Below, piece after piece: positions 31,072-45,430 of a stretch of DNA of 64,000 nucleotides. The position numbers were made by a program, and so were the translations under genes. The notes beneath the pieces are model-generated. The model was not told the DNA's origin, did not search any database, and saw nothing but the letters and a program-made list of their open reading frames with translations. Position 1 is the first letter of the stretch. The number at the start of each line of letters is the position of its first letter. This DNA is from the human T2T-CHM13v2.0 reference genome, Homo sapiens. Where the stretch lies: the NCBI RefSeq assembly GCF_009914755.1, contig NC_060942.1. One strand, 5' to 3'.

Positions 31072-32589
31072 CTATTGCCTTCCTTTAAAGTGTTGATCAC
31101 AGTAGGAATTAACCTGTTAAGGGACTTTGAATAATCCAGTGATTAGGGCTTGAACTAAGTCATATTATAAAGCTGGGAAAGAGGATAGAGAAAAGAAATG
31201 ATGTGGGGGCAGAACCTACTGAGTGTGGGGAGTGATTGCAAATGTGATTGGACACCATAGAAATTGTTCAGGGAGATTCCAAGGTTGCTGGCTTGAATCG
31301 CAGGTAGTATGGGCTCCACAGAACTCACTCAGGCTCTGAAAGAGAAAGTACAAACATGATCTAAGGTATGGAAATGTTGAGACTGGGTTCCTGTGACATA
31401 CACAGAAAGAAATTTGATTTGAACCTGTATATATAGATATGGACTTAAGAGGAATTATTAGGACTGAGACAGAGGCTTGACACTTAGTATAAAGTTGGAA
31501 ATTAGGCCACTGTAATGAAAAGATGGGTGAGTCTATAAAGTTTTGATGTTATCAGTTGAGCAGTGATTCTCATTCCTTTTGTTCTCAGCAGGTAAGCATC
31601 ACAGAGTTCCTTTTCAGTCTTACTGTTGTTCCCATGTTCTAATCACATGATATATACATTAAACACAGGCTAAATATGCTGTTGTACCTGGCAATAATGA
31701 GTAATATTCCTGGTATGTTCTTCAATAAAAATTGTTTTCAACAAATATATTTAGTTGTGCATTCTTTTTAATCAAAGAGTGAGTATGATCTAATGAAAAG
31801 AGTCATGCAGGTGGGTTCTAGTCACATTCCTTTCATTGTAGCTTGTGATTTCTATTAGTTCAGGGCCTAAGGAGCTTGTTTCACTCCTCAGAAAAAGATG
31901 ATAGGATGAGCATTCCTGCACACCTAGAAACTTGTAAAGAAGAAATGAGGTAATTGATAAGATACTTTGCAAGATATAAATCCTTATAATAGTGAACAGC
32001 AACATGATTATTCATAGCATATCAAATCTCTAGCCTTTGGGTAACCAGAATTTAGTTCTGTATCTTATAATTTTATACTTTGGCAAAATGCATCATTTTT
32101 CAAATACGTGGGGAAAAACCAGATCAATGGGTCTTTGCACATAGGCCAACATGCTCAAGAATTTGTTACTCTATCAGACATAAAGAGTTAAAATACACAG
32201 CATTAATTATAGTTTGTATTATTAAAATATTTACATTTGTTTTTCTTTGTGTTGTTGTAATGGCCATTAAAACATTTGTACTTATTAATTCAATTCTCAT
32301 ATAATATTGCTCTTGTTTCTAGCAAAACAGCTTTCCTAATGTAATAATGTCAGAGTTTTTGTTTAGTTTATAATCAAAGCAATATGGAATTAGAATCATT
32401 AGTTTTACTAATGCAAGTCAGACATTCACATGTGTAATCCTGAGAGCATAGCTTAATATGACCATTCATTTCAACACAGTGAGAATGAGTGAAATAAGAT
32501 GCCAGATGGATAAATAGGCAGTAGTAACAAATTAAATTTGCAATAATTTGAAAATAGCCTGAAGCAAGAGGAAAGAAAAATACATTTTC

Positions 32590-32886
32590 TTTTTTATGTT
32601 TTTGAGATGGAGTCTCCACTCTGTTGTCCAGGCTGGAGTACAGAGCTGCGATTTCGGCTCACTGCAACCTCTGCCTCCCAGGTTGAAGTGATCTCCGTGC
32701 CTGAAGCCTCCCAAGCAGCTGGGATTACAGGCATGCGCCACCACGCCGGCTAATTTTTGTATGTTTAGTAGAGATGGGGTTTCACCATATTGGCCAGGCT
32801 GGTCTCGAACTCCTGACCTCAAGTAATCCGCCTGCCTCGGCCTCCCAAAGTGCTGGGATTACAGGCATGAGCCACCACGCCTGGCT
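32590..32886 (-). mobile_element. AluSx/Sz
   Basis: Full reverse Alu. TSD gaaaaatacattttc (32575-32589) / gaaaaatgtattttc (32887-32901). Confidence 0.92.
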
Positions 32887-33084
32887 GAAAAATGTATTTT
32901 CAATATATGATAATGATAGCCTAAAAAGTTATTTTGTTTCTATGGTACGTTAAACCAGGGATCACAATCAGTAAAATTTAAATTTTTCCTATGTGACGAA
33001 ATCCATTTGTCATGAAGTGAAAACTTTTACCAAGGTAAAGCACTGCAAGAAAAATGAAGAATAATGCTAAAATTAATATCTAAA

Positions 33085-33310
33085 TTTGACTGATTATTTA
33101 ATTTGTGCCAGCCACAATGCTAAATGATTTACCTGCATTATCTCATTTAATTTTAGGAACAACTTTGAGTAGTAATGCAATTTTCATTTTAAAGATGAGA
33201 ACCCTAAGGCCTGGTGAAGTTGATTAACTTGCCCAAAGACCGACAGCTGTTACGTGGTTATGATCAGGGTTCAAAGCCCATCTGCGTAACTCCCAAGCCC
33301 CAGCCCCCTA
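33085..33310 (-). mobile_element. MIR SINE
   Basis: MIR core: cattatctcatttaat...cattttaaagatgagaaccctaaggc...taacttgcccaaagacc. Confidence 0.8.
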
Positions 33311-34989
33311 ATCTCTATTTGCAAAAATCTATGGAAAATTATTCTTTCTTTCTTTTTAAGATTATTTCTTAAATGCAAAACAGACGGAAGCTTTAAAAGA
33401 GAAGAACATTATAGTTTATATAAACTAGGACTAGACTGAAAAAATATTGAAGACCACAAATCTTTCGTTGATTGACACCTGACTCTGTGGGTGGGAGAGG
33501 TGATATGTGAACCTCAATAAATATTTCACTCTATTGATGTGCATTTATTTGTTTGCTCATAAGTCATTCACCATATATTTATTCAGGGTTTGCTATGAAG
33601 CAACTATTTGTCCTTAAGGAACTCATTAAAATTGCCTTTGAATAACACTAGAAAATTCAGAAGAATCCCTTGATAGATCTAAACGCTGATAATTTGCTTT
33701 TATTATCACAAGAAAAATATGGCCTTAATAGACAATTAGGCTTGGTATTTAATTATTGTCTCAAAATGGCTTCATATGAACTATTCTAAAACTAAAACTA
33801 TTATATTTGGCAGAAAATTAATAGAATTTAATTGGGTTCTATCAAATAATTCCATACAGCATGATAATTTGTTTAGGATCTATAGGATTCTCTTTGTTCC
33901 TGATGCACCCTGGCAGGTTCACCGGAAAAACCATGTGGATCTACATTCGATGCTTCATGAGAACATCGCTGAAGAATTTTACATCGGCTGTGATAATTCC
34001 CCAGGCTCAAGGCTATTCGGCATTCCTCTATGGTAGAAAGTTTAGGCATTCAAGAAGCAGCTGTTGTCATATTGGAAGACACTCAGATTTATTTCCCAGC
34101 AAAATTCCCGTTTTGTCCTCAAGCAAAATGTATGCTATTTGTTGTGAGTTTTTCTGCCTTGTGTCATCCACGAGGAAAAAAATCTAAAACCAAATAAAAC
34201 TGACGCATCACCATTATCTACTTTTGGTTTCAATTTCCTTTATGGTTTACTTTACATAAAAGTATCAAGCTAGTTGAAAGAAATGTACTTCTACCTATGG
34301 TGGTACATAGAGGAAAGGAGTGTGGAATGATTATATCATGAATTTTCTCATGTGTATTTAATGGTTGTGGTACTATATTGGCATGTAGTAATTATTGGTC
34401 CTTACATAGCAAAAATATTTTCTATATTTTAAAAGCATTTACGGTTTTTGTATATGTTAAAATAAAACCAAACTTTTGCATCTTGAAAGTGTAGAAATTG
34501 GAAAAATTGTCAGGCATGGTGTCTTACTAGAAGTAGATGATTCCATATTATTTTGGGGAAAAAACCTTTTTTTGGTGCTTTTTTTTTTTTTTCTGAGAAA
34601 ACGAGTTGAATGCACTCTTGTACTAAATTAATGGAAGTCACATACACAACCATTTTGCTTGTGAAATCAGGAAAACTGTGAAGTCACTGTTGACCTCATT
34701 GGGGATGGTCTGACCTGAGCAGCTGAGTATTTTATTCAGGCCTACATTGCATATCACAGTTTGATTCAGAGCTGGGTCCGGTTCTTAGCATGATGCAAAA
34801 TAATTTCTTTTCTTTTGTATAAATGAAGATGCTGGACTGTATTTGACAATTTTGGGGGCATGGATTGGGGGCCGTTTGTTTTAAGAGATATTAGAGACTA
34901 CAAAATATGGTGTTCATGGGGTAAAGATGACAATGCTTACCAAATTGTTCTACATATTTAATGAAACTGGTACCAAAATTTCAGCTGGC

Positions 34990-36125
34990 ACTTGTTGCAG
35001 AAATTGAGAAACAGCTCTTTGCAATCATCTGGAAATGCAAGAAACCCACAACAGCCAAAACAACCTGGCAAGAAAGAACAAAGGTGAAGGACATATACTA
35101 CCCTGTTTCAAAACTTAATACAAAGCTATAGCAATTAAGACATTATGGTACTAACACAAGGAGAGATATATCAACTAATGGAATAGAAATAAGGTTCCAG
35201 AAATAAATTCTTACATTTATGATCAACTGACTTTTGATACAGGTGCCAAGATAATTCAATGCAATATTTTCTATGCTACAATTCACTTTATTGACTTGTC
35301 AATAAATAGTTCTGGGAAAACTGAATTGTCGCACAAAAAAGAATGAAATTGTCCTCCTACCTCACACCATGCACAAGAATTAACTGAAAAATGAATCACA
35401 GAGACAAATGTAAGAGGTAAAATTGTAAATTCTTAGAAGAAAATATAACAGTAAATCTTCATAACCTTTGATAGATATTACACCAAAAGCATACTCAATG
35501 TAAATACATACATATATGCATAATAGATTTGTGTCACAATACCATCAAGAAGTGTTCCTCAAATATTTAAACACAGATCTATTATATGAACCAATATTTC
35601 AACATCTAAGTATCTATCCTCCAAAATAAAATCATGTCCCCAAAAGACTTATACATGCATATTTACGGTGGCCAAACAGTGAATTATTCATAACAGCAAA
35701 AAATACCACAAAATATCATTCAGGCATAAAAAAGGAATGAAGTATGTGTACCTGCTAAAATCTGGATGAACCTTGAAAGCATTATGCAAAGTGAAAGAAG
35801 CCAGTCAAAAAGCCCATATTTTAAAAAGAAACAAACTAACAAATGACCACATATTAAATGATCGTATTTGTATTAAATGTTCGGAATGCCAAATGGCTAA
35901 AGACAGAAAATAGATTAATAGTTGCTAGTGGTTTGGCAGAGAAAAGAAACGGGGAGCTACTGCTAATTGTTATTTAGTTTTTTTCAGAGGGCGGTGAAAA
36001 TATTCTAAAATTCGATGTGATAGTTGCATAAGTCTGTGACTACAATAAAAAACACTGGATGCCACATTTCAAATGTGAATGTTATGGGATATAAATTATA
36101 TCTCAATGAAGCTCCTAAGAAAAAT
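34990..36125 (+). mobile_element. L1MB-type (MB7/8-like) ORF2 3' part and 3'UTR
   Basis: aaagaacaaaggtgaaggac...tacaaagctatagcaattaagaca...ggatgaaccttgaaagcattatgcaaagtgaaagaagccagtca...aaattatatctcaatgaagct. Confidence 0.82.
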
Positions 36126-36585
36126 GTATTAGAGGAGTCGTAGAACAGAAGCTACAATAAAGGAAAGCATGAGTTCTGAGGATGGACATGGCCTGTAAGA
36201 TGAGTAGGACAGAAGGTTTAGAAATCACAGAAATCACTCTACCCCAGGTGACTGAAGTATACCAAAGGCTAATGGGAGAATGGTCTGTTTCTCTGTACCA
36301 AGTCTGAGTGTGTGCTGATCTGCAGCTTCACCAGCCTCAGAGGAAGACTAGTTTCTCATGTCAATTGTTCTACTGCGTCTGAAACTTTATAAATCAGACA
36401 CAGCTCCATCCTTGGCCTCAGAATGTTAAAGCCTATGTTTTACCTTCGAGGACCTATTCATAAACAAACATAAACGCCTCTTCGACCCTAAGAAACATTG
36501 AGGAGGAAAATTCTTTAAACATTTTTCCTTAATTTAAACCTGATGTACCTCAAACTTGTAATAATTTGTTCATGTAATTGTTACA

Positions 36586-36937
36586 TGTATTATTCAGTTA
36601 TCACGCTACTGTGAAGAAATACTTCATAGTGGGTAACTTATAAAGAAAAGAGGTTTAATTGACTCACAGTTTCACATGGTTGGGGAGGCCTCAGGAAACT
36701 TACAATCATGTCAGAAGGCACCTTTTCTCAGGGTGGCAGGCAAGAGATTGAGTACAAGCAGGGAAATGCCAGACACTTATAAAACCATCAGATCTCATGA
36801 GAACTCTCTATCATGAGAACAGCGTGGGAGACACTGCCCCTGTGATTCAATTACCTCCCACTGGGTCCAGCAGCAGGACACATGGGGATTATGGGTTCAA
36901 GATGAGATTTGGGTGGGGACACAGCCAAACCATTTCA
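36586..36937 (-). mobile_element. THE1 (THE1D-like) solo LTR
   Basis: tgtatta...gactcacagtttcacatgg...gaaggcacc...gagatttgggtggggacacagccaaaccatttca. Flanks ttaca / ttatg. Confidence 0.9.
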
Positions 36938-37659
36938 TTATGGTAATTAACTTTTAGCATAGGTCAACAATATAACATGTATAAATTGCAGTTTATTTAC
37001 TCTTTGTTGCTATATAAATATTAAGCATAGAACAACCACTAACATATAATACCTTCATGGGATATACAAAAAAAATGATTATAATCAAAGTAGTGTCTAA
37101 ATCTGATTTTCAGCAGCCACCTTATCTTATTGTCTCCATAGTATCAGCATTCCCAAGATAAGCAGTGGTATGGTTAAACAATTATTGAATATTAAGTACG
37201 ACTTGAACAAAACTTTCAATTACCAGCCTGAGAGCATGACTAACTATTATTTTTTGGCAGTTTGCTTTCCAAATGGTTCACTGTGATTTTCATGGTGACT
37301 TCTTCGTCAATCAAATTCAGCAAACACAATCTGCCATTTTCTCCTCAGTATTTCCTCTCTTCTTGTGAATTTTCTAATAAAAAAGAAAAACAGATCATTC
37401 AAACAATGCAAGTGAATCAGCAGAATGACAAATGTTTAAAGTATGAATGTAATTTTCAGTAATTTATTCTTCCATTTTAAATAATGATGATCAAAAGCTG
37501 TTACTTGGTCAATTGAACTTATTAAAGAGACTTTATAATTAGAAAATACTCTTTTGAAAGTGCCACAGAAAGCTTAAGACAATATTTATATTAAATATTT
37601 ATATCACTCTTTGACATTCCTGGAAGTTTGACCAGTTTAATTGTTCTGCATTAATCCAT

Positions 37660-37700
37660 TATGTTTTTCATGATTCTCTATGTTTTTCATGATTCTCTAT
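37660..37700. repeat. Perfect 19-bp tandem duplication
   Basis: tatgtttttcatgattctc at 37660-37678 and 37679-37697. Confidence 0.9.
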
Positions 37701-38903
37701 TAGCATCTCTATTGTATTATAACATTTTAAATTGTTCCTTGACTAATTAGAAGATGCTATTACAGAAAAGGAGAATGTTTATCTGTGTGGACCTAGCAGA
37801 AAAAAAAAAAATATATTGGGCAGCCAACAATATATAAATGAAATATACTGAAGCAAAAATAAAGAACATGAAAAAGATATTAATCTATGTTAAGTTTGTG
37901 AAGAGGTTGAACATAAGTGAGAATTTTGATACAAAAGGAGATAATTTATTTCTCTCTTTTCTGAAAATAACTGACTATAATTTTAGATAGTAATTGTACT
38001 TTGCCTCTTAACCATGGACCTGGCTCAATGCTTTTATAGAAATAATGTGAGAACCAAATTGCTAACATTTATTATGTATTATCACAATTGGCACTATCAA
38101 CCTTTCTCTCCTGTTCCTCTATTTGCATTTTAATATTATATGTGCTTATTCTCCTAAAAGTGATCACATTATCACTATCCAGGTATTTCCATACTAACCA
38201 TTCTCATACTGGCATCCCTAAGTTGCAAATCAAAGCTTCCTTGCCTATAAAAGCATTTCCTCAGCTTAGTCTCTGGGAGTAAACATGTTAATCAGCAAAT
38301 ATCCTCCTTCATCAATTTTGTGCAAAGCCTTTCAGGAAAGAAGCGATTCCAAGGGCTCACTGTGCTGTATTGATTAGAGAAAATTACAGACTCATCAACG
38401 ACACCGTATTTCCCACCTAGAGTTTACCCCAAGCCTAAATCAGCTGTTTACCTAATGCACTCCTAATTTACAACTCCATGTAGATTTATAAATATCAAGT
38501 CACTGATTCAAAGAAAAAGGAACGTTTAGAAACTGTTGCTGGAACTATTGCCTCATGGTTGATATAAGCATCCTCCAAGACTGACCATGGTATGTGGAGA
38601 CAATGGTGGCAGTGTAATGAACAACAATGCCCTGACGAAACACTTCCTATCTTGTGAAGGTCTGGTATCCATAAGCACTTTGAATTTTTACTGAATATTA
38701 GCTATTGAACTTGTTTCTTATTGATCATGTGAACTTTTAAACCCTCCTCCATTTAATCAGAGTATTCCTGTTGCTTAAAATAAAAAAGTCTAAAAGTAAT
38801 ATTATATTGGTAATAAATTAACAATAAAATATTAATTTATTATTATTATAAATTAGTATTTATTATTATAAATCACACTTTATACATTTAGAAAGGAGAC
38901 TTT

Positions 38904-39450
<547 letters not shown>

Positions 39451-40065
39451 AAAGGAGACTTTATTTCTTATCTAGGGTTATAGCCTGCAAGGCAGCCATT
39501 CTGACAGTCTGGGAAGCGAAGACTTTCACGGAAGCTGGAAACAGGCATTTGGAGGGAGGGAGGGTAAAGCAGGAATTTATGCTGAACAGGTTGGCGAGAT
39601 ATACATATTCAACAGGTTATAGAAGGATCTTATGAATATGTATGAGGGAGTACTAACACATGTGTACTTAATAAACATGCATGTTACATGTGTTTCATGT
39701 TCACTTTGGGGTGCAGAGTTAACATTTACGTGCATTACAATTAGGCCGTGTACATCAAAGGGTGAAGCAGGGACACAAAGGCACTCAGTGTGCAACCTCT
39801 GTAAGCCCGCCAGGACCAGGCCGGTAGTTTCTTATCAGGAGAAAGTTACTGAAATCAGTTACTTAGTTCAATCAAAGCTGTATTTATGGCTTGTGGAACT
39901 GGGGTGGGGGCCAGTATCTGGTAGTGGATGAGCCATAATTGTTTTAATCTTGCTTATCTCGAGGCCAGTGGTTGTTTAGCTGCTGAAGCAAAACCTAAGC
40001 ATTGTACAGACACAGCGAAGCACATGCTTAGGACAAACCTTGTGGCCAGTCACAGAACTGGTAAG
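39451..40065 (-). mobile_element. ERV1-class LTR (MER83/MER93-like, subfamily uncertain)
   Basis: aaaggagactttatttctta...gcctgcaaggcagccattctgacag...ggaatttatgctgaac...catgttcactttggggtg...aaaccttgtggc. Confidence 0.65.
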
Positions 40066-40679
40066 TTGTTCAATAACTTGTCTCTCTCACTCTGGGCTTA
40101 CCGGTCACTCTGGGCTTTCCCAAGGCCACAAGGAGGAAGGTTTAGTTCACCTAACAAGAACAACTGTTGCATAAATCATCTTTATCTAGATAATCATTTT
40201 AAAAAATTAAGATAGATCTTATAAAGCCTCAGGCAACAAAACAATTTAAAAAGGATAAGTGTAAAATGTTAAGGAGGAGTATGTTCCTGATTAGACATTT
40301 TCCCCTTCCTAAGGCAATGATCCAAAATATTTGAGAATCAGTGGATGAAAACCTCTAAGAAACATGTTATTGAATAGAATTGTTAGCAGGGAGTAATTTC
40401 ACAAATTTTAGAACTGTGGCTACTTCTCACTCTTTTTGTGACTACAGCCTCTTCTCGACTATCCCTAATCATCTATCAGTATCAAAAATGACTTATATTT
40501 ATTTATGGATAAAATGAATTTTTAAAATAATGTAAAATTCCAAGAAGGCAAGTAGGTAAACCAACTTGGAAAACTCCAATAATAAAGACAGCTGGCTATG
40601 CTTTATTATTTTCAGGAGCAGAGTCTCTTTCTTTCTAATGGCCTGTTTAATCAAGGGATTCTCATTCAACTTTGATTCT

Positions 40680-41170
40680 GTGCCATAGGCTGATTTCCCT
40701 GTAAGGATGCTTAAATAATGAAGACTCGCCACACAGAAGAAAAGTGGTGGTGGAGCGGTTCCAAGGTCAGCAACTCAGCTGTTTAATGACATTGTCAAGA
40801 AAGTGATCTTTTCCTCCTTCTACTCCATCCTTCTCAGTATGCTGCCCATGGATAGGATACTAGCCTTCTTAGTCACAAAATGGCTGCAACAGCTCCAAAC
40901 ACTATACTCTCATACAACTTCCCAAAGTCAGAAAAGAAAATAATGACACTTTGTATTCATTATATTAAAATGAGGAAAATGCTCCAGAGTAAACCCCCAA
41001 ACTGCCAGGGTCACAAGTATTTTCCTTGGTGGATCGTTGGTCAAGAATCTGTCACAAGGCTGTTTTGAACACTATTACTGGCAAGGTGAATTCAGTTGCC
41101 ATGGTTAGCTTAATCGAGATTTACTCCATTCTGCTAAAGGCAGGTCCTAGCTTCCTTGAGATGGGGGAGG
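40680..41170 (-). mobile_element. Old MLT1 (J/K/L-like) LTR
   Basis: ccatccttctcagtatgctg...gtcacaaaatggctgcaacagctccaaac...ggcaaggtgaat. Confidence 0.6.
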
Positions 41171-41367
41171 CTGATGATTGATTAAGAGGTGCAAGTGCCA
41201 CAAGCGCCTACTCTCATAGGCAAAACTGCACCCATCCCTCGTCAATGCAAAAGACCATGGACTCATATGTTTCTGTCTTTGCATCAGAATAATTTTATGG
41301 CTCAGTTATCTTCCAAAAGTAACCCAATTTGTTCGTGCTTCTAATAATCTATTTTATGTATTTTCTT

Positions 41368-42681
<1,314 letters not shown>

Positions 42682-43780
42682 TGAAATCTAGGAAACCCTT
42701 TCAGTGTAGCTGATTGTAATAAGCACTAATAGTAATGGGAAGAGTAATAGTATTAATAGTAATAGTACCATCACCAACATCAAATGACTACTGATGACAA
42801 AGTTATTATATTTTTTGCTTTTATAATAGCATTATAATATATAGAACATTTTACAGGAGAAGGCAACTGAGGCTTAGGGCCATTAAGTTAGTTGCCCTAG
42901 GCCACAGAATTTCTCATCTTGAAAGGATCTCTCCTGGTCAGTGTTGGAGTGTCCTGTGAAGGGACCTGGAATCTATCTGTGCCAACAAGCTTTGCACCTG
43001 TACTTGTACAGGTGGATATACAGTGCCTATAGACTGAATGGAGGGCTTAAAAACAGGCGTGATCCAAGGAAAACATGCTCATGCTGTGGTCAGCAGCCTC
43101 TTAACTGTGCAAGTCTAAAATACTTTGGGAAAGCCCAGAGTGAGAGAGACTGTGGAAAATCTTGTACAGACACACCGAAGCACATGCTTAGGAATTAAGC
43201 AAATCTGGGAGTTACTAAGAAACTGTAGCTAAGAGAGGCAGGGAAGCCAGGTTTCCAGAAATTGGGGCTGGTGTGAGCCTTCTGGAGCAAAAGCATGGAA
43301 GAAGTTGGCCATTATTGTCAGCTGCAGATCCAAGCATTTGCATTGTTTCACTTTTGTTCAAAGTGAGAGATTGAGTCTGTGTTCTTCCATGTATATATAT
43401 AACAAAGTCTTCTCTATAAAGAAGATTAATATTTATTAAACCCCTCTTATGTACATATAAATGTACATACATATTAATATACATACATATCAATATATAG
43501 GATAAAATTATATATGTATATACATAATTACATGTGTAGTCTTTTTTATCAAAAGACAAAAGAATGCTTATCATCATTTATACATCAGAGAATACGGCCA
43601 TAGCACTACTAAGTGACATGGTTAAAATTCAAACCACTGGTTGTGAAAGACTAATTAAAACAGTTTAATATTACAAGTTAATATCAGTGTAACCTTGTGA
43701 ACAGTTTGCCACATGATACTAAGACTTAGGCATTCTTCTAACTGTTTTTGTCTTGTGGACACTGACTCTTTTTAATACTT

Positions 43781-43888
43781 GAATCACTTCAGCCTGGAAG
43801 GCGGAGTTTGCAGTGAGCCGAGATCATGCCACTGCACTCCAGAATGGGCGGGAGAGCAAGACTCTGCCTCAAAAAAAAATAAATAAAG
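43781..43888 (+). mobile_element. Alu right-arm fragment (5'-truncated)
   Basis: gaatcactt...ggcggagtttgcagtgagccgagatcatgccactgcactccag followed by an A tail. Confidence 0.88.
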
Positions 43889-45224
43889 ACATAGATATAA
43901 GGAAGTACTTCGGGGTGTGGTACATTTATAGAGCCTGCAGAAAAAGACAGCACAAATCATAATGGTCTACATGGAAGGAAATTTAAATCCATATGGTGTG
44001 GGCTCAGACTTTAAATGTTCACATCTTAAATTACATATTGTTATCTTGTTTATTTGGATAATCTCACTCAGAGTGCTTGCTGTGTGCATAAAGATATTTT
44101 GTGAAAATCAATCAGCTTAGCTACTTTTATGAGCCTAGATATCTCAACATGGATTTTAAAACTTAAATAAATATAAATAATGTTGTGCTTGGAAATGTAA
44201 GATAATAGGGTACTGTGCCAGAAAGATCCAAGTCTTTTGTAAGAAAATCTCCTGGAATGGGGTTCAGGTCATATAAGATCACTTTAACTTATTTTCAAAT
44301 TATTTGTTGAGATAATTGGTTTTAGAATACTGTGCAGTTAAGCTAAATTATATTCCAGATAAACTGTCATTTTTTTAATAATGTCTAAATCACTGATTAA
44401 AGTGAAAGATAATTATTTAAATTACAATTTTAAGAAACAATGTAGCTATTGTTGAATTACTATTTCAATATCATAGCGTATTACTTGGCAATTCCAAATT
44501 ATTTCTGAATAATTCAGGCCATATCTTTATATTTGAAATGAATATCTTATTTTAGTGGCAGTATCAGACATGTTTAAAAATATGATTGGTTCTAGATTGC
44601 TTAAATTAAAAAAATGCATGTCTTTGGAAATGAAGCTGTGATTTTTTTTCTTTTTTTCAGAGAGAAGTAGTTGTGAGTAAAGTAGCAAAGCACAAACACT
44701 AAAAACTAAAAGGATTATAGGACTGTAAGTTTGTTTAAAAAGAGAATTTATTTTGTGAAAAATCTAAATATAAACAGCACTGAACAAACAAAGCAAAACA
44801 AAACAGAACAATATGAAGCCAGAGAGACTGGGCTGGTTACAGAGTGAAAAGGAAGGGATTTGTTACTGGGAATCAATTTTATTATACTGATTTTTCTTTA
44901 CCCTCCTCACCGTTAATATTTTATCTTTTAAGTGACTAATAATTGAAGCATATTATTGGAATAACTGCATTGGCTCTATTTCCAAAGCAAAATATACATT
45001 TGTATTTTAATGGTAATCAGTGTTGTATCGATACTGTTGAATTATTAAAATAAATGTGCCAATGCAAAAAAATATAACCCTGGCATATACAATGCATATG
45101 CTATATACACACAATTGCTTCAATATTGTAACCTAAATGACTTAACTTTTAAATCCATTTTTCACATTCTCCCAAGAATTTTCTCCTGAGGTTAACAGAA
45201 AAATTTAATTACATAATGTTATGA

Positions 45225-45430
45225 GTAATATTCATTGAGCACTTACTTTGTAACATATAATTTTATCAGCCCTTAATATACAGTTAATCCTCATGGCAAA
45301 CTTATTAGTTAATGATCATTATGATCCATATTTTTGCAGGTCAAGAAAATTAAGTGCTGAGGAATTAAACAACTCGTGATGATACAGCTAAGAAATGAAG
45401 ATAACATTGAATCCAGGCAGCCTGGCTCTG
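45225..45430 (-). mobile_element. MIR SINE
   Basis: cattgagcacttact...ttaatcctcatggcaaac...aagaaaattaagtgctgaggaattaaacaact...tgaatccaggcagcctggct. Confidence 0.7.
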
